64,000 nucleotides of DNA, taken from positions 10,087 to 74,086 of the forward strand of contig SVND01000002.1 in the NCBI GenBank assembly GCA_015067075.1. Direction: 5' to 3'. Below, one piece after another: positions 28,238 to 35,136 of the stretch. Position 1 is the stretch's first letter; each line of letters starts with the position of its first letter. A model generated the notes under the pieces. That model was not told the origin of the DNA. It searched no databases and saw only the letters and a program-made list of their open reading frames with translations. This stretch comes from Oscillospiraceae bacterium. GTDB lineage: Bacteria; Bacillota; Clostridia; Oscillospirales; SIG530. The position numbers were made by a program, and so were the translations under genes.

Positions 28238-29611
28238 TTGAGATTACGATTGTTTTCGCTCATAGATGAGGTGCTTGCGCTTTACGAGAGCAAAAGCGCG
28301 CAGTATTATGAAGCGACCAATAACATCTCCGCACAGATGTACAAGGTGTTCAGAGGACGCGGTGAATATGTTGCCAATGTTACGGCGAGGGTGAAATCGC
28401 CTGCAAGCATGAGGGAGAAGATAATCCGCAACAGGATCTACCAGCGGTGTGATACTGCACAGATGGTGCTGGACGATATGACGGACATTATCGGAATAAT
28501 GCTTGAATGCCGTTTCGTAAAGGACGAAGCGCAGCTTTATGAAATACTTAAACAAGTATTTATTATAAAGGAAGAGGACGGATTTTATTCAAACCCTGCA
28601 ATTGAGGGGATAACGCTTGATATGGATTCGCCTCAGCCACAAATGCAGAAAAACGGCTTTCCTATTTACAGAGTTGACGGAAAATATTGCGCGGATGGTA
28701 AAACAATGCGCTTTGAGCTTCAGATAAAGGCTATTGTCAATATGTTTTGGGGCGAAATTGAGCATAAAATAATATATAAAAACAGCAGATATATGCTGAT
28801 GGACTCTTTTCTGCGGGAGCTTTTGGCATCTGTCCACGAAAATCTCATATGCATTGACAAGCAGCTTATGCTTATCTATGAGCAGGCGTCAAATGCGAAG
28901 GAAAATAAAAATACAGAGGCTAAAAATAACTTTCAAAGCTTTGTTGCGAAAACGCTCAACGATATTTTCCAGTTGAAAATCGTTGATTCCATCGGTTTTT
29001 CAGTCAATTTCAAGCAAACCTGCGATATTTTAAGCCAATTTATTTATAAAATAAACCTTAAAAGGGATGAAAATCATATTGAGAGGCTGCTTTATGAGCT
29101 TATCGACAGGTTTAAGGCTGTTTCAACGAGCAATATAGATTTCGAGCAGACCATCGAGCTTGGAGAAAGCTTTGATTTTGACGATGACTTTTGCGAAACG
29201 GTGGCGGTGGCTGTATCAAAGGCGGCAAATAAGGATTTTGAGTGGAATTTGTTCCTTAAAATGCTTTTTGCCATCGAGCCGGGCGACGATACAGAGGATT
29301 ACTGCGTGCTTATCCGCGTAATAAAAGCGGCTTATGAGCCTGAAACTATGTTTATTCCGCTGTATAATATGTTCGATTCTACGAAATCAGCACAAATCAA
29401 GGATGAAATTTTGCTGACTTTAGCAAAGGTACTTGCAAATTATTGCAAAATAGATATAATATATAGGGAAAAGGTAGACGCTGTTTGCAATATAACACTG
29501 CAGACGGTGACAGATATTGCGTATCACGCAGAGCCTGAACTGTATTGGGAAGAGGAGAAGGCGAATATTCTTTTTACATTCTACGAAAGCGTAAAAAGAG
29601 TTTTTGAGTAA
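28238..29611 (+). CDS. divergent RelA/SpoT-domain (small alarmone synthetase-like nucleotide pyrophosphokinase fold) protein with ~270-aa uncharacterised C-terminal domain
   Basis: TTG start with an AAGAGGG RBS. Residues ~45-185 align motif by motif with SAS cores: ARVKSPASMREKIIRN (RxKxxxSxxxK), DIIGIMLECRF (DxxGxR with R->M), KNGFPIYRV (degenerate GYRSxH), ELQIKA..MFWGEIEHKIIYK (EhQIRT..W..EH..YK). I recognise no motif in residues 190-457. Confidence 0.75.
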   Translation: MRLRLFSLIDEVLALYESKSAQYYEATNNISAQMYKVFRGRGEYVANVTARVKSPASMREKIIRNRIYQRCDTAQMVLDDMTDIIGIMLECRFVKDEAQLYEILKQVFIIKEEDGFYSNPAIEGITLDMDSPQPQMQKNGFPIYRVDGKYCADGKTMRFELQIKAIVNMFWGEIEHKIIYKNSRYMLMDSFLRELLASVHENLICIDKQLMLIYEQASNAKENKNTEAKNNFQSFVAKTLNDIFQLKIVDSIGFSVNFKQTCDILSQFIYKINLKRDENHIERLLYELIDRFKAVSTSNIDFEQTIELGESFDFDDDFCETVAVAVSKAANKDFEWNLFLKMLFAIEPGDDTEDYCVLIRVIKAAYEPETMFIPLYNMFDSTKSAQIKDEILLTLAKVLANYCKIDIIYREKVDAVCNITLQTVTDIAYHAEPELYWEEEKANILFTFYESVKRVFE

Positions 29612-29626
29612 ACGGAGGAAACTAAA

Positions 29627-30238
29627 ATGAAAATTTGTACATATTGCAATGCATCGAATACTGATGCGGCAACATCCTGCGAAAAATGCGGAAGCAGAGA
29701 GCTTGAAAATAAGTGCTATAACTGTGCCACAGCTTTTAAAGGTGATAAATGCCCGAATTGCGGTGTAAAAGCAGGCGAACGCGGAAGAAAGTGCGATAAG
29801 TGCAACATCACGGTTTTTACAGCCACATGTACAAATTGCGGCGCTGTAATTTTCCCCGAGCTTGTGGAGCAGGAGGAAGCGGCGGCAAAGAAGCGTGCGA
29901 ATAAGCAAAACAACGTGTTCAAGCGCATCGGTGACTGCATAAGATACGGAGAGTACATACCGAAAAGCTTGCGCGGCGGTCCGTTTAAGTATGCACTTTT
30001 AACATGGCTTTTCCTGCCGTTCATCGTTGCGTTTTGCTCCTTTAAAACATTTTGGTTTGCATCTATACCGCTTATTCCGTTCGTGATATTCTTCTATGTA
30101 ACGGCGCAAAAGCTGTGGAACGAGCGTAAAATAAAGGTGTATTTGTTCCCGATTTTAACCTTGCTCATCGGAGGATCGCTGTCTTTAGGAATATGGGCGC
30201 TGATAAAATTCGTACTTTTCAGCGGAACACTTCAATAA
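29627..30238 (+). CDS. triple zinc-ribbon protein with C-terminal 3-4 TM helices
   Basis: GGAGG RBS; the start lies 15 nt after the previous stop. Six CxxC pairs form three ribbons (C4/C7-C18/C21, C30/C33-C42/C45, C56/C59-C68/C71). A basic linker (AAAKKRANKQ) is followed by hydrophobic helices (LLTWLFLPFIVAF.., FASIPLIPFVIFFYV.., VYLFPILTLLIGGSLSLGIWALIKFVLF). Confidence 0.72.
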   Translation: MKICTYCNASNTDAATSCEKCGSRELENKCYNCATAFKGDKCPNCGVKAGERGRKCDKCNITVFTATCTNCGAVIFPELVEQEEAAAKKRANKQNNVFKRIGDCIRYGEYIPKSLRGGPFKYALLTWLFLPFIVAFCSFKTFWFASIPLIPFVIFFYVTAQKLWNERKIKVYLFPILTLLIGGSLSLGIWALIKFVLFSGTLQ

Positions 30239-30244
30239 AATAAT

Positions 30245-30284
30245 AAAAGCTCACATAATTCGAAAGAATATGTGAGCTTTTTTG
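30245..30284 (+). terminator. intrinsic terminator ending the two-gene module
   Basis: AAAAGCTCACATA-11 nt-TATGTGAGCTTTT followed by a T run. Confidence 0.8.
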
Positions 30285-30334
30285 TATGATGTTTAAAAAA
30301 AATTAAAACAATCCTTTATTTTTCTTATGAAGTG

Positions 30335-30343
30335 TGATATAAT
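30335..30343 (+). promoter_or_regulatory. extended -10 promoter element (TGaTATAAT)
   Basis: TG at 30335-30336 and TATAAT at 30338-30343. The -35 is weak (CTTTAT region). The predicted TSS is near 30350, at the foot of the long hairpin. Confidence 0.4.
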
Positions 30344-30347
30344 ATTA

Positions 30348-30492
30348 TTGCTACACAGTTTAATATGTTTCGGAAAGGCATACAATAGGTAAAAATGTAT
30401 GCTTTGATTTTCATGCCTTTTCCGGAATGAACTGTGTAGCAACAGATCAAGGCAACGTTTTTCGGTGCGTGGCTTTGGCTGCGCACTTTTTT
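30348..30492 (+). promoter_or_regulatory. structured leader RNA / candidate cis-regulator or sRNA: nested long hairpin plus intrinsic terminator
   Basis: Perfect 13-bp outer stem TTGCTACACAGTT (30348-30360) / AACTGTGTAGCAA (30430-30442). Inner stem CGGAAAGGCAT / ATGCCTTTTCCG with one bulge. An alternative pairing GCATAC (30378-83) / GTATGC (30397-402) competes with the inner stem. A 9-bp terminator GTGCGTGGC-tttg-GCTGCGCAC (30465-30486) plus TTTTTT follows, immediately before the RBS of the 30511 gene. Confidence 0.4.
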
Positions 30493-30510
30493 ATTTTGTA
30501 GGTGAAATTC

Positions 30511-30783
30511 ATGAAAATAGGTTTGAGGAAACCGAGCTTTAGGAAATCTTTTAAAGCGAGGACTAGCGGAAGACTGAAAAGAAAAATTAAAAAAACGATA
30601 AATTCTTTTTACGGTAAAAAGGGTATGGGGATGATTAAAAATCCAAAGAGGGCGATTAAAGGTAAAATATATAGGAAAACAACGTTTTCGTGTAGCAACG
30701 CAAATGCATGGATACATATATTATTGTTTTTTACAACGTGTGGAATTGGAAATATAATTTATCTATTACTAAAGAAAAAATAA
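30511..30783 (+). CDS. small highly basic protein with C-terminal TM helix
   Basis: MKIGLRKPSFRKSFKARTSGRLKRKIKKTINSFYGKKGMGMIKNPKRAIKGKIYRKTT.. followed by the hydrophobic segment WIHILLFFTTCGIGNIIYLLL. GGTGA RBS. The start is taken at ATG 30511 rather than the track GTG 30502. Confidence 0.6.
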   Translation: MKIGLRKPSFRKSFKARTSGRLKRKIKKTINSFYGKKGMGMIKNPKRAIKGKIYRKTTFSCSNANAWIHILLFFTTCGIGNIIYLLLKKK

Positions 30784-30796
30784 AAGGAGAAACAAA

Positions 30797-31423
30797 ATGA
30801 AAAAATATATAAATGCTTTGTTTATAATACTGATTTCGTGCTTGATTTTATCAGGATGCGTGTCAGGAGATTTAAATGACGGCGAAAATACACCAGAGCC
30901 GACATTGGAAGAGAAAATAGAGGTTACTTCGACACCTGTTTCTACGCCTACATCAACACTGACGACAACTCAAATGCCAACATTCGCAAATACACCTACG
31001 ACTGTTCCCACATCAACGCCCACGCCGACTTCAACTCCAACACCAGCGCCGACAGCAACGCCTACACCGACTCCTACAAACACGCCCACACCGACACTTA
31101 CACCGACACCTACATCCACACCCACGCAAACACCCACGCCCACACCTACTCCTACACCTACTCCTACACCGACGAATACACCTACTCCTGTGCCGACGCC
31201 AACAAAAGCGCCTACTCCGACACCGAAACCTACATCTACACCAACACCAGCTCCTACAAATACACCGGATGAAAACGAAGAAAAAGTATGGATACCAACA
31301 AAAGGTGGAAAAAAGTATCATAATAAATCCACATGCAGTTCAATGGAAGATCCCGAGCTTGTAACAATATCGGAAGCTGAAAAACGAGGCTTTGGACGGT
31401 GCAAAAAATGTAAATGGTATTAA
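30797..31423 (+). CDS. lipoprotein with ~115-aa Pro/Thr-rich linker and C-terminal Cys/His mini-domain
   Basis: Lipobox [20 protein letters not shown]-rich low complexity. C-terminus [45 protein letters not shown] (YH-x4-C..C-x2-C), a putative metal-binding module seen at the ends of many Firmicute secreted proteins. Confidence 0.8.
   Translation: MKKYINALFIILISCLILSGCVSGDLNDGENTPEPTLEEKIEVTSTPVSTPTSTLTTTQMPTFANTPTTVPTSTPTPTSTPTPAPTATPTPTPTNTPTPTLTPTPTSTPTQTPTPTPTPTPTPTPTNTPTPVPTPTKAPTPTPKPTSTPTPAPTNTPDENEEKVWIPTKGGKKYHNKSTCSSMEDPELVTISEAEKRGFGRCKKCKWY
30926..31267 (+). repeat. coding low-complexity Pro/Thr repeat (ACN-CCN codon repeats)
   Basis: Imperfect reiteration of ACACCTACTCCTACACC-like units encoding [11 protein letters not shown].. 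inside CDS 30797..31423. Confidence 0.85.
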
Positions 31424-31443
31424 CGGAGAAAAATAATAACAGT

Positions 31444-31479
31444 AAAAGCTACGCATACAAAGCTATGCGTAGCTTTTTT
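31444..31479 (+). terminator. intrinsic terminator
   Basis: AAAAGCTACGCATA-caaagc-TATGCGTAGCTTTT followed by a T run. Confidence 0.85.
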
Positions 31480-31551
31480 GTATAAATCTTTGCCGCATAA
31501 ATGGGACAAAGGGTGCATATGCTTTATCATCAACGAAAAAAGGGTGATGAT

Positions 31552-32778
31552 ATGAAAAGATTGATTTCCTTAGGCTTGGCTTTGTTTTTGATGATGGGAT
31601 GTGTTTTTGCATCGGAGCCGCCTGTATACGAGGACGAGGACTCGCAATACGGCATGGCGACGGGAATATCCTCGGCTTGGGATGAGGAATATGTGGATGC
31701 GGCATCAATAGGAGGTGTCCCCGAGCTTTCCGTGCCATCGGCGATACTGATGGATGTAAGCACGGGAACAGTGCTTTTTGAAAAAAACAGCAGCGTGCAA
31801 AGGCCGCCTGCAAGCGTTACGAAAATAATGACGCTTCTTTTGATAATGGAGGCGCTGGATAGCGGTAAATTAAAGCTTGACGATATGATAAGCTGCAGTG
31901 AAGAGGCGGCGTCTATGGGCGGCTCGCAGATTTGGCTTGAGCCGGGTGAGCAGCTTTCGGTAAGCGATATGCTGAAATGTATCACAGTAGCTTCGGCAAA
32001 CGATTGCTGTGTTGCAATGGCAGAGGCGATAGCAGGCAGTCATGAGGGATTTGTTGCCATGATGAACAGCAGGGCAAAACAGCTTGGCATGGAAAATACA
32101 AGCTTCGTTAACTGCACGGGGCTTGATGTGGATGGTCATGTTACGACGGCAAATGATATTGCGCTGATGACACGCGAGCTTTACAAGCATGAGAAAATTT
32201 TTGAATATACGACCATATGGATGGATACGGTGCGCGACGGTAAGTTTGGTCTTGCCAATACAAATAAGCTCATTCGCTTTTACAGCGGTGCGACAGGTAT
32301 GAAAACCGGCTCGACAAGTAAAGCAAAGTTTTGCCTTTCAGCGACGGCGGAAAGAAACGGTCTTAAGCTTATTGCTGTAGTGATGGCGGGAGAAACGTCT
32401 GATCAGCGGTTTGGTGACGCGAAAAAGCTACTTGATTACGGATTTGCAAACTGGGCGCATGCCGATGACAAGGAAACGAGCGAAAAGGTTTTCGAAATAC
32501 CTGTGGAAAAGGGCAAAAACGCCACGGTTTCGGCAAAGCTTGTAGGTGAGGCGAGCTTTTTGGTGGAAAAAGGCGCAAACACATCCTTGGAAAAGGAAAT
32601 AAAACTGGCGGAAAAGCTTCAAGCGCCCGTTGCCATGGGGCAAACTGTGGGTGAGGTCGTATACAAAATGGATGGCAAGGAGCTTGGCAGAATTAAAATA
32701 GCTACAACTGCAGAATGCGAGCGCAAGGGATTTTTTGATTATTTCGCGGAAAATATAAGGAAAATGCTTTGTGCTTAA
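31552..32778 (+). CDS. D-alanyl-D-alanine carboxypeptidase (class C low-MW PBP, DacB/DacF-like)
   Basis: Signal peptide MKRLISLGLALFLMMG. Motifs PASVTKIMT (SxxK), ASANDC (SxN) and MKTGST (KTG). GGGTGA RBS before ATG 31552. Confidence 0.88.
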   Translation: MKRLISLGLALFLMMGCVFASEPPVYEDEDSQYGMATGISSAWDEEYVDAASIGGVPELSVPSAILMDVSTGTVLFEKNSSVQRPPASVTKIMTLLLIMEALDSGKLKLDDMISCSEEAASMGGSQIWLEPGEQLSVSDMLKCITVASANDCCVAMAEAIAGSHEGFVAMMNSRAKQLGMENTSFVNCTGLDVDGHVTTANDIALMTRELYKHEKIFEYTTIWMDTVRDGKFGLANTNKLIRFYSGATGMKTGSTSKAKFCLSATAERNGLKLIAVVMAGETSDQRFGDAKKLLDYGFANWAHADDKETSEKVFEIPVEKGKNATVSAKLVGEASFLVEKGANTSLEKEIKLAEKLQAPVAMGQTVGEVVYKMDGKELGRIKIATTAECERKGFFDYFAENIRKMLCA

Positions 32779-32788
32779 AAGTGAAATA

Positions 32789-32817
32789 TTGACAAGAGTA
32801 TATGTATAGTGTATAAT
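32789..32817 (+). promoter_or_regulatory. perfect consensus sigma-A promoter (TTGACA-17-TATAAT)
   Basis: TTGACA at 32789-32794, 17-nt spacer, TATAAT at 32812-32817. Confidence 0.6.
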
Positions 32818-32849
32818 AAAAATAAATTACGAACGTGGAGACCGTGCCA

Positions 32850-33512
32850 ATGGATGTAGAAAGCATTTTTAACGAACTTGTAAAAATAGATGAAAAGCTT
32901 GTGTTTACAGATGAGGATGTAGCATTCCTTATCGAGCATTCGGCGAATGAGGATGCAGAAAACAGAGGTTTCATCGCGGAATTGCTGATAAATGTTAAAA
33001 CTGAAGAATCAAAAGATACGCTACTCAGATTGACAACTGATGAAAGCTGGATCGTACGAGCAAGTGCATACGATTCGCTCTCTGTTTTTGATGATGAAAA
33101 AGTCGCCGAATATCTTAAAGAGAGGATCAAAAAGGAGAAAAGGACAACAGCGAAAAGCTATGCAATTATGAGTTTGGGAGATATCCTTAAAAGGATAAAT
33201 AGAAAAACAAAGCAGGATATCTCCTTTCTTAAGGAGAACGAGGAAAAAGAGAAGAGTACAGGTGTTAAATTGGCGTGTTATTATTCACTTTATTTGCTGG
33301 GAGAAAAGGAGTATATCCATAAGATCATAAAGGAAATGGATAATAGAATGTACACTTTGCGTTGTGCATGTATTAACACACTTATGGAGATTGTAGATAA
33401 AGAAAACAAGGATATTATAATTGATGCGTTAGAGAAAAGGCGTTTTACAGAAAAAGTACCGGCTGTTTTATCTGGAATAAAAGAGCTTATCAAAAAGGCG
33501 AAAATGATTTGA
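32850..33512 (+). CDS. HEAT-repeat protein
   Basis: Repeated ..D(E/S)xWxVRAxAxxxLxxxxD.. units (e.g. LTTDESWIVRASAYDSLSVFDDEKV, RCACINTLMEIVDKE). The start is taken at ATG 32850 (GGAGA 8 nt upstream) rather than the track GTG 32835. Confidence 0.7.
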   Translation: MDVESIFNELVKIDEKLVFTDEDVAFLIEHSANEDAENRGFIAELLINVKTEESKDTLLRLTTDESWIVRASAYDSLSVFDDEKVAEYLKERIKKEKRTTAKSYAIMSLGDILKRINRKTKQDISFLKENEEKEKSTGVKLACYYSLYLLGEKEYIHKIIKEMDNRMYTLRCACINTLMEIVDKENKDIIIDALEKRRFTEKVPAVLSGIKELIKKAKMI

Positions 33513-33606
33513 TATAAACCTATTACGGGATTTGCGATATGTTTGCCAAAGGCGAAACATGAGATAAACAGAACGATAAAATTGAGTTTTAAGGAGAAAA
33601 CAGCTT

Positions 33607-34119
33607 ATGAAATTATTCGATATGTTTAAGAAGAAAAATGAGGTCATTAAAGGAAATGACAATATGGAGCACATTTGGAAACTTACCGACACGAATGATT
33701 TTGTTGTGGCGATGACAGAGCATCTTGACAAGAAAACAAACTATGGTGAAGATGTGTCTGTTTTAAGCGAAGCGGAACGAATTTTTTATATTACTCAAAC
33801 GCTTGAAATGGAAGTTAATAATGGCGGCTTTTCTCAGTTTTTCTATAATTCCAGCGGAAATTTCTCTAACGAATTAGTAAGTGCTTTCACAATGATCGGA
33901 GCAAATGCAACAGCAGCAATTTGTCAGAAAGCAATTTCAGCATTTGGACGTGATATTCCTGTTGATAAAGATGAGCGAGAAGAAATGTTGGACAAGCTGG
34001 AAAGCGATGAAATTGATAGAATTCTCGAAGAATGTGATGGTGCGTTCTTAGATTATGAAGATAATTTAAATGAACTGAACTATAACTTTGTAATGAAAAA
34101 CAAAGAATCTTTTATTTAA
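33607..34119 (+). CDS. DMP19/DUF4375-family protein (DNA-mimic / immunity-protein-like)
   Basis: Family hallmark ..ERIFYITQTLEMEVNNGGFSQFFYNSSGNF..AF..IGA... AAGGAG RBS. Confidence 0.72.
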   Translation: MKLFDMFKKKNEVIKGNDNMEHIWKLTDTNDFVVAMTEHLDKKTNYGEDVSVLSEAERIFYITQTLEMEVNNGGFSQFFYNSSGNFSNELVSAFTMIGANATAAICQKAISAFGRDIPVDKDEREEMLDKLESDEIDRILEECDGAFLDYEDNLNELNYNFVMKNKESFI

Positions 34120-34150
34120 AGCAAATTTAATTTATCAAATATAATAACAA

Positions 34151-34185
34151 AAGCCTCGACAGAACATTAAAATTTGTCGAGGCTT
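34151..34185. terminator. hairpin terminator between convergent genes
   Basis: AAGCCTCGACA-13 nt-TGTCGAGGCTT, flanked by T-rich sequence on both strands. Confidence 0.65.
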
Positions 34186-34260
34186 AATTATTTGTTTGCC
34201 GCATAGCAAATATGCGTCATATGAGAAAAATGATTCGTAATTTGTACATCACGCTTTTTG

Positions 34261-35136
34261 TTATTTCAGCATTAGAGCAACGGTATTATTTGCGTTTTTC
34301 AAAGCATCCATAGGTGTGGCAGATGCAAAATGCGCGGCGGCAAAGGCGGCAAGGAAGGTATCGCCTGCGCCTGTGGGGTTAGTAATCGTTACATTTGGCG
34401 CATCTATCGTGTAAAATCCGCTTTCATCGGTGTAAACGGCGCCGTCTGCACCGAGCGTGCAAAGAATACGTGTGCCTGTTTCGGAAAAAATGCGGGCACT
34501 CGCATCGATAGCATCTGCTTTTGTTTTTATTTTGCACCCGGTAAGGCGCGAAAGCTCATATGCGTTTGGTTTTATCAAATAGGGCTTTGCTTTAAGTCCG
34601 AGAGCAAGCGCCTCGTCATCGGCATCAAGCAAAACAGGGATATTTTCCTTGTTTGCCATGCTGATAATATCTGCGTATGCACTTTTTTCTACACCCAAAG
34701 GTAAACTTCCGCAAAGGAAAAGTGCCTTGCAAACGGGGAAAAGCTCCTTCAAAGCTGAAATCAGGGCGCTGTATTCATCGGAAGTGACAGCAGCACCCTT
34801 TTCGTTGATTTCCGTGTGACTGCCGTTTTTTTCGTCAATAATCTTGATATTCATCCGCGTTTCTGAAGCTGTAGTACACCAGAGATGTGGGATAGCTTCG
34901 TCGGATACGATTTTATCAAGACGCGCGCCGTTCATTGAACCGCAAAAAGCTACGGCAAAAGTAGGCACGTTGAGTTTTAAAAATGCGCGAGATACATTGA
35001 TTCCTTTGCCGCCTGCCTTGTATTCGGTCCGCTGTGTGCGATTGAGCGCACCCGAGCGAAATGTATCAAGGTAGACGGATTTATCTATGCACGGATTGAG
35101 CGTAACGGTGATGAATTTTTTGTCAGATAAGCTCAC
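34261..35136 (-). CDS. PfkB-family hexose-phosphate kinase (1-phosphofructokinase / tagatose-6-P kinase-like)
   Basis: ..ITVTLNPCIDKS.., ..AGGKGINVSRA.., C-terminus ..NPTGAGDTFLAAF.. Overlaps the mtaB stop by 14 nt. Confidence 0.8.
   Translation of the reverse strand: MSLSDKKFITVTLNPCIDKSVYLDTFRSGALNRTQRTEYKAGGKGINVSRAFLKLNVPTFAVAFCGSMNGARLDKIVSDEAIPHLWCTTASETRMNIKIIDEKNGSHTEINEKGAAVTSDEYSALISALKELFPVCKALFLCGSLPLGVEKSAYADIISMANKENIPVLLDADDEALALGLKAKPYLIKPNAYELSRLTGCKIKTKADAIDASARIFSETGTRILCTLGADGAVYTDESGFYTIDAPNVTITNPTGAGDTFLAAFAAAHFASATPMDALKNANNTVALMLK

Noticed and set aside
29420-29908. 162-aa minus-strand ORF crossing the RSD / Zn-ribbon gene junction
   Set aside because: It is antisense to both + strand genes. 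Its Cys-rich sequence mirrors the zinc-ribbon codons, and it has no RBS.
30926-31267. Short periodic DNA repeats that could suggest a CRISPR array or satellite
   Set aside because: The repeats are imperfect and in frame inside a lipoprotein gene, and they encode a Pro/Thr linker. There is no repeat-spacer architecture. A similar short PT linker occurs at ~22390-22450 in the 3D-domain protein.
31031-31321. 96-aa Cys/Arg-rich minus-strand ORF
   Set aside because: It is the antisense reading of the ACN-CCN (Thr-Pro) codon repeat and is an artefact of the repeat.
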